Origin: Eledone cirrhosa
Lineage: Eukaryota
Direction of reading: 5' to 3'
DNA length: 64,000 nt
Assembly (NCBI GenBank): GCA_964016885.1
Contig: OZ024740.1
Location: 163,184,001 to 163,248,000 of the forward strand
Below the pieces are notes generated by a model, which did not search any database, had not been told where the DNA came from, and worked only from the letters and a program-made list of their open reading frames with translations. Of the stretch, positions 11,928 through 24,537 are shown in pieces; within the stretch, counting starts at the first letter, position 1, and every line of letters starts with the position of its first letter. The translations under genes and the position numbers were made by a program.

Positions 11928-12646
11928 TCTATACATATATATAAAACTGTAGTTGTATGTGTGTCCCCTAATTTTTGCAAAGTCTATACAAATCCACATT
12001 TCTACTCTGATTGACTTCAAACTTGCATTTATATATTCCTTGCGGTCTAAAGATATTAAACTGCTGCTTTTATTTTTCAATTTTCTGTTGTTAAAAGTGT
12101 TTTTTTCACTAAAACTTTAAGCCCTTTTTGTCGGCAATTTTGTCTACAATGTTCAAGAGAGACAACTCTTTAGTATTTTGAAAGAGTTACCTTTCTTTAT
12201 AGACTATATTATCCCTACTTAAACGTACATCCCTTGAAATTGTTGATGGTGGCCCCAATAGTAACTCCGAAGTGTTCGGCATCGGATATAACAGTTCGGT
12301 CTATATCTGATTGGGTAGATTTTTGTAACCTTAAAAGTATCCTTCATGCTCTCTGCAGTCCCACATGCTTACTGATCTGTAACTATTGCTTTCATTGTAC
12401 CATAGCACAACAAATAATATGTTCGGTTTGTCGAATGCCTTTTTACTTAACCCTATCGTCTTGGCTTTCGTGGGTTGAACATTTTACTCTCTGGCACCCA
12501 ATTAAGTTAAACCCCTGGTAATCTACGACAAATTTTTTTATAAGCAGGTTGAGGTATTCTGTACTTCTCTGTACTGTTTCAGAAAAGAGGAATAAACATG
12601 CCAATCTATGTTTAGAAGCCCGAGCAATGCCGGGCCATTCTGCTAA
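11928..12646 (+). mobile_element. Non-autonomous Helitron
   Basis: 5' TCTATACATATATATAAAACTG; subterminal hairpin GCCCGAGCAATGCCGGGC (12618-12635); 3' CTAA (CTRR). Inserted between A and T with no TSD, splitting a family A repeat (GGATACA|TTAGATAATATAGTCCTAG). Confidence 0.8.
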
Positions 12647-13294
12647 TTAGATAATATAGTCCTAGATATAATATCTGTGAGTAAAAAAAAAACATGAAAT
12701 AATCATAAGTGGTATGCCTTCAATCATAAGTCTGCTTGATATGAGCTGACCTGCAGATAAACAACAATACTTGATATGAGCTTACAAAGATTTTAATGAG
12801 AATTAGAGTTGCTATATTTTGTGTGTAATTTCTCTTTCCTAATGTCATTTTCACCAAAATATTTTCCTCATTGTTAGACTATGTTCAGAAATATGGAGTT
12901 TATTCATCTAAAATATTCCAAAATATTCTATTGGTTTCTTAGAAAAATGCTGTAAATCTCAAACATACAAATTGCAGATTGTACATTGATACAATAATCA
13001 ATATTTGTTTTAATGAGTGTCAAATACATATGTAATTAGGTGCAAAACAGAGTATGGACAAGTTAATATAAAATTTTGACAATCTTTGATAAAGAAAAAG
13101 AAAAAAAGCAGATAGATTGGACCAGGTAAACTATGTTTCAATTGATCTATCCTTTACTGATACTCTCTGCTAGTCACAATTCCTGACAGGTAGAGGCAGG
13201 ATTTGAACTCAGATTGAACACTGCTGGATCAGATACCATAAATAACTCCATCCAACTCATTAAAAATTCTGCAATCCAATGCTACTGGACAAGT

Positions 13295-13476
13295 ATTGGC
13301 AGTATCGGTAGAGGGTCGGACGCCATGCTATGCAGCACAGTTACGTCCCTCTACGGTCTGAGTTCAAATCCCGCCGAGGTGTACTTTGCCTTTCATCCTT
13401 ACGGGGTCAATAAAATAAAGTACCAGTAATACACTGGGATAATTGCTGACCTTGTGCCAAAAAATAGAAACAATTA
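13295..13476 (+). mobile_element. Young tRNA-derived SINE (family N)
   Basis: TGGCAGTATCGG (A box), GAGTTCAAATCCC (B box), central GCCTTTCATCCTTACGGGGTC..TAAAATAAAGTACCAG, and an (ATT) tail. Confidence 0.85.
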
Positions 13477-15504
13477 TATTTATCAAGGCTGAAAGGCAAA
13501 GTTGAACTTAATGGCATTTTAACTCAGAGCACAGAAACCCATAACAAATACTGGGGCATTTAATCTAATACCCACATAAAATTGAATCAATCATATAATT
13601 ATTCTGATAATTAACACTAATTATCATAATTGATATTTGGCTTCTCATGAAAGCAAATTCTGAAATGGGTGTAAACAAATAAAAGTACGTGCTTGAATGG
13701 AAAAATATTATCTAATACTTGATCTATATTTATAAGAGTTATATTCCGGTGAGCGACTGGCGATATATTTGTCAAATACAAAATACTTATCATGGGATGG
13801 GTGTTTAAGTACAATAAGGCATTCTCTTGTTTCTCATCTATTCATGTATTCATCTGATACAAATTTAGAAGGAATTTGCTCATTAATATCTCTTAAAAAA
13901 GAAAAAAAACTGCAAGGGTTCCTTGAGGTGGTTAAATTAGGTATAAGAAATATCAAGTAAATAACAGCTTCCATTTGGTTAAGAAATAGTTAATAATTTC
14001 ACACAAGAGAATTCAAATATTTTGAGCAAAGTTCTTCTTCAGAGAATGAGGGGAGGTATTCACAAAAGGCTAATGGCAGACTAACTTACTCTAGTCTGTA
14101 AACTTATCAATGAAGACCAACCACTAATTTTCTTCTCCAAATAATGTTATATTTTGCAGATTTTCCAGAACGACTGCTACTTATTTTATCAAGGGGCACA
14201 AGGCACAAAACATTTAAAAGCTAGTTATTTGGTACCATATTATTCAAGAATTCTGCCATTAAATATAAAGTTTGTATAATAAATATATCCATCTTCCACT
14301 AATACTACCACTACAACATGCTACACACATCCTAGGAACATAGATGTTCACCTGGTAATGAAAACTCACAGGAAATTGTAAAAAAATAATAATAAACTGT
14401 ATAGTTTATCAACTTTGGGAAGATGAAAAGCAAAGTTGACTTTGGCAGGATTTAAACTCAGAATGTATAAAGATGTAAGTGAATACCACAAGTTATTTTG
14501 TGTGACGTTCAAACAATTCTGCCAATCCAGATTATAATACTTCTCCTACAAGATAGCTGTCTGCATTTATTAGTTTTTTTTTTGTGTTTGTTTTTTGGGG
14601 GGTTTTTCATATAAAACTGCAAAGAAAGAGCAAAGCTTATAAATTTTGCTGTTTTTCTTTTTCTTTTTTTTGCGGGGATTTTCTTTACACAATCAAGTAA
14701 TATTGGTGTAGTTATATCCAATTATACCAGTTGGAGTAAGTAGTTGCTATTGTTTAGCTCCAGGTCAGCTCCAATTTTACAGACTTGAATGTGTTAAATT
14801 GGTAAAGTAGATGAAATATCTAATATAAAGCAATGATATAGAAACCTGAATGTTTACAGCACCTGCTCTGCACTAACATTTCTTAAGTAATGATTAACTC
14901 TTTTAGTCTGAAATAAACTGATGATTCCATTACAGTATAGCCAAAACAAAATTTATGTAATAAAAATACATTTTCCGTTTATTTCATTCTATTTTCACCT
15001 GATGTTATAGTTAGGCTCATGGGGTTTAATGCTGTCTAGTTGTTTACTAACAAATCATATACTATCAAAAACCAATCTATAAACAACTAGATGTACTTGC
15101 TGACAGTACAGTAAGCTATAATATTGCTTATCACACTGAGCATGGTACCAATATGAGTGATAATATAAGCTGAAAAAATTGATCTGAAGATTGTTTTTCA
15201 AAATTAGTTGCTTAATATTTTAGTCAAACCAAATTTTGACTGAAATATTTTATAGGCAAACAAACCAGAATATCAAATAAAATTTACAATGCATTGAATA
15301 ATAGAAGGTTTTCTTTTTTTTCTTTTTCACTTTATAAACATTTTACTGTTTTGCTTTTAGATGAATAAAATGTTTCATGTGTTCTTCAAGAAGTTGGAAT
15401 ACACTCAGCTTTGACAAGACATACTCAATAGCACTGAGGAAGCTAAAGAACAAAGAACTCAATTTACATTTTTGTGTGTGTGTGTGTGTGTGCTGGACTT
15501 CCTA

Positions 15505-15805
15505 CAGTTATGATGATGAGTATTCCTGTTTGATCAATAGAATGCCCTGCTTGCGAAATTAACATGCAAGTGGCTGAGCATTCCACAGGCGCATGTACCA
15601 TTAACATAGTTGACAGGAATATTCAACATGGCACAGTAAATGACAAAGCTGGTCCTTTGAATTGCAAGTACAACTCATTTTTTCCAGCTGAGTGGATTAG
15701 GGCAATGTGAAATAAAGTGTATTGCCCAGGGACACAACATGCCACTAGGTATCAAACTCACAATCATTAGCCAAACAGTCTAACCATAAAACCATGCATC
15801 TTCAC
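15505..15805 (-). mobile_element. CORE-type SINE
   Basis: Same tail as 690-860 joined to the CORE block ACTCATTTTTCCAGCTGAGTGG...AAATAAAGTGT.TTGCCCAGGGACACAAC and a tRNA-like head. Confidence 0.7.
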
Positions 15806-16819
15806 AAGTGAGTCATACTCAACCTAGATTTATAATATATTTATTTAAAAGACCGTATGAAGATTTGTATGTTGCATTGAGTATATTAGACAACTGCAGA
15901 GAAGTCATCATTGCTAAACCTACTTAAATTGTTTTAATGATTTATAATCTTCAAAAAGTTGCAAAATAAAATGAAACTGTAATACTTTCCAGACATGATG
16001 ATCTAAGGTGTGGTAAAAATTATACATATCTTTTATCATGTAACATTTCAAAATTTATATTAAGAAATTCAGCTTTTTGTATTAGTTTATTAATTTTTAT
16101 TGTGCTCCCCAAAACAACAATATGGTCATTATGCTGCTTCTTTAAATAGCTAAAACTGTCAACACTATGAACGATAATAAAAAGTGAAGGAAATCGTTGG
16201 TGACATAAATTACTAATTAAATTTCTTCTATTGTTTATTGATCACATCTGTAAAATGTAGTAAGCAGCAGACACTTGATACAGAAATAAATAGTTATCTG
16301 TGGGTGTATAGACTGATACATGGAATGAAATAGCAAACTAGTAACAGCATTTACAACTCTAGAATTCTACTAGCATCCAGTAAAGAAGAAAGATACAGCA
16401 TATTTCTAAAGCATAGACACACACACATATTGCACTGGAAATGTCCAGAATAATAATTTCTTAATACTGCTTAACATTTGAATATTTTGAAAAGGAGATA
16501 ATCGGTTCCTGTTGAGAACTTAGCTAAACAGTAGGTAAAGTCTATAATCATAAGATCAATGAACTTTTGCCCAATTTTATATGAATGAGAATTCCAACTA
16601 ATGATATTTTCTGTATGTACAAAATAGTGACTGTCTGCTACTTTGATATTTAGAGAGATATTTTAAGTAATAGCATATATTTGGTTTCTGATAAAGTGGA
16701 AAAATTATAAAATAAAAAGAATGATTATGATAACAGGCAAGATGCATACTTTGAGGTTAAAGACTACATTATGTTCAAATGAGCAAAGAAATAATTTTAG
16801 AATTAGATATATTAATGAG

Positions 16820-17196
16820 TTGCAGATATGACAACCTCTCAAGTGTTGCTGATTTACATGATAAATGCACCCAGTACACTCTGTAATGTGTTTGGTGATA
16901 GGATGGGCATCCACCCATAGAAAAATCTGCCAAACAAATAGTAAGGTTTCTTCAGCTATACTAAAGACATGACAACCTCCCTAGTGCTGGCGCCATTATA
17001 AAATGCACTCAGTAGAATGTGGGAACATATGTAAGTGAGATGCAAGGTCCTGGCCTGCTGGAGCACTTGGCAGAGTGAAGTAACTATGTCAGGAAGATGC
17101 AAAGGTCAATAGGTCACCTAGAATACTGACTTGGTCTATGGCAGCCTATCCAACCCTTGATAGTAGGGAAAACAGATGTTAAATGATGATGATGAT
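16820..17196 (+). mobile_element. Degraded RTE 3'UTR
   Basis: AAATGCACCCAGTACACTCTGTAA, GGGCATCCA, and terminal GGAAAACAGATGTTAAATGATGATGATGAT. Confidence 0.6.
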
Positions 17197-17752
17197 ATAC
17201 ATGTTTTACACATACATAAATACACATCATGTATCTATACACATATTTCCAAAATATTTTTTTAATAAAAAGTTCCACAAATGAATCTTAATTTCATAGG
17301 CATCACACCCAGCTAAATATGCATACTATTTCACAAAAGCTTATCTGACATAGATGTAAAATTCATGCTTGTGAAACTAAAGTGAAAAGAACATTGCTTA
17401 GATGTGAAGAATGTGCAGCCAACAGTATCTCTACTATGTGCATGTATTACTGTTATTTATATGGAATACACTTCTTGGCTTCAACATCACTACTGCTGTC
17501 AATTTTATGACAAAAACTAAGAAAGCCATAACTCATTTTTAATAGGAAAGTATGGAAATGTATTTGTATATATATATATAGTCTTGCTGCAAAATAATAA
17601 ATAGTCAAGTAATATCACAAATATATTTGAAAAGATTCATACAAGAACAAGAACTCTGTGACATATTTCACAAGCTAGTTGACTCACTATTCAGGCAGAA
17701 GTAGACATTACATGACTTGCCAAGAATACTGTTATCTTAGGTGAAGTAATCC

Positions 17753-17969
17753 TTAACTCTTTAGCATTTACATTACTCTATATTTTCATGGTAAAAGCTT
17801 TACCTCACATAATTATCGCACATAATATTGAATCTATGAGATTTTGATATTATTTATTTTGAGAACAATACCTTAACATAAGTATGAGTGGCCAGATACA
17901 GCCGATTTGAACAGAAAGAGGTGAGAGAATTCTGGCAAGATACAGCCAGTTTAAATGCGAAAGGGTTAA
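17753..17969 (+). mobile_element. TTAA/piggyBac-type MITE family A
   Basis: TTAA-CTCTTTAGCATTTA...TAAATGCGAAAGGG-TTAA; four copies in the window. Confidence 0.85.
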
Positions 17970-19564
17970 TCTTCTCAGGAATCATAATGTCCAAGAAGTT
18001 TTTCTTGCAACAATTATCTAAAGTGTTTTTAAGAATTAAAAGACTTAATAATTGTCAAATATTTCCTAAATTACTCTGGTATTTCTGAATGTATGCCACC
18101 CATGCAGTGAAAACACAGTAATGATAGACTAGGCTAAGTATTTATATTTTAGGTAATACATGCAAGATGCACAACTATTTCAGTAATAGAAAATCCATGG
18201 TAAATCTGAAAGATAGGTTCAATGAATTTCTCTGTGATACTATTGGTTATCAGTTAACAACTTATCAGATGATACACTTTCAAACAACAAACATTGGGTT
18301 AGTTTTGTGTCGTTGGCATGACAAATGTCTCCATTTTGTCCTATCACTTGCACCCCACCCCCCACCCATCTCTTATACATTTCCTCCTTTTTTAGCAGTC
18401 TTTCTTGAGTTTCTACTTCATTCAGTTCTATTACTCCTCTCAACACATGACCCAACCGTGCCATTTTATCTGTGTATATTGGGTGTAGAATAGGAACGCC
18501 ATATCTCTGCATGTTGTAAGAGGCAACTTAAAGAGTTGGTACTAGAAACATTGTTTAAATAAGGACCCCACGATAAATATAGTAACAACTGCTAGTATTA
18601 ATGAAATATATATACAAAACAAGTATATCAAGATTTTTCTCATCTTGAATGAGTTTAAAGGATAGTCTTGAGACTTAGTATATTTACATAGTTCAGCATG
18701 TAAAAGCATATTTAATATTTATAACTTACTAATATTAAATGAGATTTAATCTTGTTGCAACATTGTTAGCTCATTCTTCATACCAATGCTTTGAAAGTTA
18801 ACTTGATAGACAGAATCTGTAAGGAAGCCTTATATATATATATACGTGTGTGAGTGTGTGTGTGTGTACCTGTTGCCATAAACCATATTTCAACATTTAT
18901 AAAAACCAGCAATGACAGTTGTTTATGTCCCCTTTAAACAATACATCCTGCAATATAGTGGTTCAGTATATATACCATACTGAAAGGAAAAAGGTATGTT
19001 TTAGCGTCTAGGTCATCCAGCCATAAAAACCCTGCCCAATTTAAACACATGCAAATATGGGAAAGCAACCATAAAAACGATGATAAGTAAACCTTTTTAA
19101 AGCACACATAAGTGTATGTGTGTGTATAAGCTTTACATTAAATATGTTTTCATGTCTTGAACTGCTTAATAAACATGCTGTGTGTTGTTCCATTAAATCT
19201 TATAAGTTCCTTTAGTAAGCTCATAAACAATAGCCAATAGTTTTAATTTGTAAAACTTAAAATTTATAGTGTATTTTGGCTTTAAATTAAAGCATTTTCA
19301 CATAGATACATCCATGTATTGATTAACTTGTTGAACTACCATTTGAAAAATTTAGTTTGAAAACACTAAATATATTCAAATATACAAATTGTCATGCATG
19401 TCCAAGCAAGTAATATCAAATATGGGTAATGTGTGTATGAATCTGACTTGTGGTTGACACATAAGACATAAATACAGAGTCAACTGGCAGTGTATCAAAT
19501 ATAAAACCAGCACCTGCTGTTCAAATTGGTAGACACACATACACACAAATGAAAGTGGAATGGA

Positions 19565-20070
19565 CCTCCATCAGTTTCAATGATGCATGTTCTAGTTGTT
19601 CAATCAATGGAACAGCCTGCTCATAAAATCAACATGGATGTGGTAGAGCATTCCATCGACGTGTGTGCCCATAACTTAATTTTCAGGGAGATTCAGCAGG
19701 ACACATTGTGTGACAAGGCTAGTCATTTGAGGTATACGTACAATCCATCTACTCAATAGCTTGGGCTGACCCAAAATTGTGGTAAATAGCCTTTACCCAT
19801 GATGCTACAGTGAGATCAAACTCAGAACCTTATGATTGCAAATTGAACTTCTTAACCCTTTAGCATTTACATTACTCTATATTTACCATTGTATTTTCAG
19901 TGTATCTCACATAATATCGAATCTATGAGATTTTGATATTTATTTTGAGAATAATACCTTAACATTAGTATGGGTAGCAAGTTATGGCCAGTTTTAACAG
20001 AAAGAGGTGAGAAAATTATGGCTGGATACAGCCGGTTTAAATGCTAAAGGGTTAATCATTCGACCATATT
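19565..20070 (-). mobile_element. CORE-type SINE interrupted by a MITE
   Basis: Same family as 690-985; the head sequence AACTTCTTAA|TCATTCGACCAT is split by the TTAA MITE. Confidence 0.6.
19852..20055 (+). mobile_element. TTAA/piggyBac-type MITE family A
   Basis: TTAA-CCCTTTAGCATTTA...TAAATGCTAAAGGG-TTAA; perfect 14-bp TIR with duplicated TTAA. Confidence 0.9.
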
Positions 20071-20158
20071 GTATCCACACATTTTTATTTCTAGTTAGTT
20101 TCTTTAATTTACTTTGTATAGTTTCAATGATTTTAGCAAATATGCATTATCTAGTTCA

Positions 20159-20490
20159 GGCGGTGAATTGGCAGAGTCGTTAGAATGTCAGATAAAATGC
20201 TTTATGGTATTCGATCTGCCTCTCTGCTCTCGGAGTACAAATCCCGCCGAGGTCAACTTTGCCTCTCATAATTTCGAGGTTGATAAAAAAAAAGAACCAG
20301 TCTAGTACTGGGGTTGATTTTTCCCTCTATATCTCTTTCTCATTTCCTCTCTCTCACTTTCTATCTTTCTCTGGAAGAAATCTGCTGCACTCAGGGCTGG
20401 AGAGGGATGGGCTCTGCCGGGCTTAAAATACCCAAGAAACGCCATATGTTAATACAGCGCCTCTATGACTATCAGGAGTTACAGGATTAT
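20159..20490 (+). mobile_element. Family N-related SINE with extended CT-rich linker and a different 3' tail
   Basis: GGCGGTGAATTGGCAG head and N-type centre, then CT-rich tract and GGAAGAAATCTGCTG...GGGCTCTGCCGGGCTTAAAA...ATCAGGAGTTA; inverted copy at 29845-30175. Confidence 0.8.
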
Positions 20491-20705
20491 GATATATGTT
20501 TATAACAACACTTGACCACATTCTTATTATCATATATGCTTTTCATACTTATTTGCTATCAATTAGACTGTCAATGGTATGCCCCATGTGGCAGCTGAAC
20601 TGACTGAGACAACATAGAGTAGTGAGGGCCCTCTGAACCTGTTGAGTACAACTAGCTAGTGTTTTACTTAACTCTTTTTCTACATTTCTGAAGAAAGGAA
20701 AGCTG

Positions 20706-21668
20706 TGAGTAGTTTCTAACAACACTTCTAGAGAATAGAGCTAGAAAATAAATTCTGGCTATGGAAACAGTAGTTGCAAACAAGAGGACTGAGAGTGAAC
20801 CTAGCTAAGACAAAAGTGTTGATAAGTAGAAAAGAGGACAAAACTCTGATTCCATCAGGGAAATGACCATGTTCAATATGTAGAAAAGGAGCTGTCATAA
20901 ATTCTATAAAATGTACATAATGCAGATCTTGGGTACACAAGAGATGTAGGGGGATAGCAGGAAAACTAATAGGTAGGGAAAACTACATATGCAGTAGATG
21001 TACAGGGAAATTTTACAGTAGAAGTCACAGTGATAGACACATTTTTCAAATGCAGATAGGATCTATAGAAGTGGTTGATAGCTTCCAGTACCGAGGTGAT
21101 CAGATTAGCAGGGGGGAGGGGACTCCGAGGCCATAGTATCTAGAATAAGGACGGGTTAGAAGAAGTTTAGGGAGCTGCTTCCTCTGTTGACAAAGGGTTT
21201 CTCCCTGCGAACGAAAGGTTGGTTATATGATGCCAGTGTGTGATGCGAGATGCTGCATGGTAGTGAGACATGGGCAGCAACTGCAGAGGAGATGCGACGG
21301 CTGGAGAGAAATGAAGCAAGCATGCTCCATTGGATGTGCAATGTCAATGTGCATGAACGACCAAGCATAGATGAGTTGAGAGAAAAATTGTGTATAAGAG
21401 GCATAAGTTGTAGTGTGCGGGAGAGAAGACTGTGATGGTATGGACATGTGATGTGCATGGAGGATGACCATAAAGAAGTGGCAAGAAATCCCAGTAGAAG
21501 GAAGACGCAGTAGAGGAAGACCACAAAAAACATGGGCGGAGGTGGTGAGAGCGGACTTCAGATCGCTGAGATGACGAAGGACCATGACACGTGGAGAGAG
21601 GCTGTGCTGAATAGGACGCGTCCCACCCTTGCAAGCAGGGAAAAGCAGACGTAAAATGATGATGATGA
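20706..21668 (+). pseudogene. 5'-truncated degraded RTE LINE (RT C-terminal half with PHD-like finger, short 3' end)
   Basis: Translates to ELENKFWLWKQ..GLRVNLAKTKVL, SGK*PCSIC..CRSWVHKRC..ICSRC, MLHGSETW and RRL*WYGHV, with stops; ends in (TGA)n. Confidence 0.9.
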
Positions 21669-22250
21669 TTACTTCTGTGAGAGAGAGAGATAGAGATTGA
21701 CTGGTACTTTATCAACCTGATAAAGGTAAAGTTGACCTCAGAGCACAGAAATAATAATGCTGATAATACTAATTATACAAATAAGAATTGAAGTATTTAT
21801 CAAAAAATAAATATCATTAAATCTTTATGTGGATAGGAAGGACTTAGAGTAAATCTGGTAAAGAAGCTAGATTATAAGGCAGAAATGAATTACACAAAAC
21901 TGGAAAAATCAACCAGACATTTATTTCCTGTTGGTAATTAATGCAAAAACATGTTCACTAACAACAAATCCATTGTATTATTTTTTTTTTATTTTTGTTT
22001 TTTGCAATACACAATAGTTACAACTCGCTCCAAATATTATAATATAAATTTTAACAAGTCATCGAAACATTTGAATTGATAGATGCTTATTTTAAAAATA
22101 AAAAGTACTGATAAGGATTTGGTCTTTATCATGAGAATTTACAATCAGGATAAAGTCAATCATAATGTTATGATATTCATGCCTTTTCCAAGATCACTAT
22201 TATAGAAGAAAAACAGCTATGAGAATAAGATATTCTGCTACCAGTCACTG

Positions 22251-22484
22251 TTAACCCTTTTGATATCCAACCACCTAGAACTGCTACTAATTCTTATACA
22301 CATAGTTTGCTTTTAAGTGTTTTTATTTATCCAAAAAGCTTCCATCATAATTTTACATAAAGTTATGGTTCAAACATTATCTTAATAATTATCTTATTAA
22401 ATCCTTCCAAATTGTTGATTATTTTCGAAATTATTGAAAATCACAGGCAGTGTATTTCATTAGAAATATGGTAATGAGAGTTAA
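22251..22484. mobile_element. TTAA MITE family B
   Basis: TTAA-CCCTTTTGATA...AGAAATATGGTAATGAGAG-TTAA. Confidence 0.7.
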
Positions 22485-23266
22485 TACAAATCCAATGAAA
22501 TATATAATCACCATTATCATTTCCATGTCCACTTTCCCATGCTGATAAGGGCTGGATGAAACAGTTTTGATTTTCATGTTGCCTTGTTTTCATTCATTGT
22601 ATTGTCTTCTCTTTGTTAATAGTCCTAAGTTTAGTATAGGTACTACTTGCTTGAGGTACCACTCAGTGAGATTGATCCAAAATCATGTGGTTCTGAAGCA
22701 AACATCTTAACCAAATAGCTATGTCTGTGCATATGTTATTGTTTGTATATTTGGAAAAAACACTTCATTCTACATTACATGTCTTAGTTAACAGATCTCT
22801 ATCTTATAAAATCAGCTTCCAATTTCCCCAGCATTCATGGAGACATGTTTACAACTCCATTGTTGCATTAAGTGAAGTAGTTTCAATTGCAAGTCAAAAT
22901 CAAACAGACGGATCCTCTTCACCAGATATTTACAGATGCACACTATGTTAATTAATTAGACAAAAAGCATTACACAAATGTGGTTATATGCCTTGATATT
23001 AGAAGGTAGGCAGCAGCATATGGACTTATTATCTTTAGGCCACCTTGCTTCATTAATTATGGTAATATCCTATACATAGAAATTAGCAGATAGAATGATT
23101 CTAGTGAGAGAAGAGTTTAACAAATTTTAAAAACACATGGGAAAATTTATAAAATATTAGAAAATGATGCTTTGCAAATTATAAGATTTAAAAACTACTT
23201 TTTTACATCTTTCTTTTGCATACATAAAGAAGCTAATTTTTATATTTAGTCAAGTACTACAATGTG

Positions 23267-23271
<5 letters not shown>

Positions 23272-23322
<51 letters not shown>
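23272..23322. repeat. (TA)n microsatellite
   Basis: Perfect dinucleotide run. Confidence 0.95.
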
Positions 23323-23332
<10 letters not shown>

Positions 23333-23378
23333 AAGAGAGAGAGATTTAAAAGAGTTGAGATCAGTGTTGCAGTAGTGG

Positions 23379-23483
23379 ACTCGGCGGGATTTGAACTCAG
23401 AATGGAAAGGACCGTAACTATGCGTCAAAGCATATGCGTCAAAGCATGACGTCCAACCCTCTACCGATACTGCCAATCCACCA
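23379..23483 (-). mobile_element. Family N SINE, 5' half
   Basis: CTCGGCGGGATTTGAACTCAG...CTCTACCGATACTGCCAATCCACC, with an internal duplication of ATGCGTCAAAGCAT. Confidence 0.8.
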
Positions 23484-23666
23484 AATTTTATTGGTATATG
23501 TTGGAGACTGGCACCAATTTTTAAGTGCAAAAGACCAATTTTTATAATGGAGGGGGTGGAATCGTTGGTACCTATTCAAGTGCTTCTAGAGGGATAAAAT
23601 GAAAGAGCTATCTCAAGCTCAATTTGAACTCAGAGTAGTGAGTTACTAAATGAATGCCATTATTTG

Positions 23667-24040
23667 GTGGATTGGCAGTATTGGTAGAGAGTCGGACGCC
23701 ATGCTTTGACGCATAGAGTTACGGCCCTTGCTATTCTGAGTTCAAATCCCGCCGAGGTTAACTTTGCCTTTCATCCTTACGGGGTCGATAAAATAAAGTA
23801 CCAGTAATACACTGAGTAATTGCTGGCCTTGTGCCTAACGTAGAAACAATTATTTGGTCCGGCAGTATCGGTAGAGGGTCGGACGCCATGCTTTCCAGCA
23901 TAGTTACGTCCCTTTACAGTCTGAGTTCAAATCCCGCCGAGGTTGACTTTGCCTTTCATCCTTACGGGGTCGATAAAATAAAGTACCAGTAATGCACTGG
24001 GTAATTGCTGGCCTTGTGCCTAAAGAAGAAACAATTATTT
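23667..24040 (+). mobile_element. Two head-to-tail family N SINEs (23667-23853 and 23861-24040)
   Basis: Two near-identical units bounded by three copies of ATTATTTGGT(CC). Confidence 0.9.
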
Positions 24041-24537
24041 GGTCCAGTTCAATACAGCTTACACTAAAACTATTACCATATAAGTTAGCAGTATATTATG
24101 ACCCACATTCTGATAGGGTTGCAAAGATATAAAATGTTTTACTTTTGGAAAATGTTATAGAATGTAAAATGTTTGTACAAATGTCATACAATAAGTCACA
24201 GGCATAACAGCTACAACTCAACATTTATTGCAGACTAAAAAAAATGCTAAATATTTACACAAGAAAATATAAAATTTTATAAAATTTTTGGAAATTTTTT
24301 TATTTTATTTAACTATTGAAAAGGTGGAGAGGTCATAAAGGATTATTGATTTGCCAAAATGTTAAATGTTTAGGAATCACAGCTATAAGTAAATATATTT
24401 TCTTTCTTAAGCATAAGAGAGAGAAGAAAAGAGAGGTTAATTCAAACTCTTATTGGTAATTTACTGGAAGATGAAATAGATCCTGGCCTAATTTAAATTT
24501 AGTTATCTGAGGCATTGGATGTGAGGTATTTGATAAA

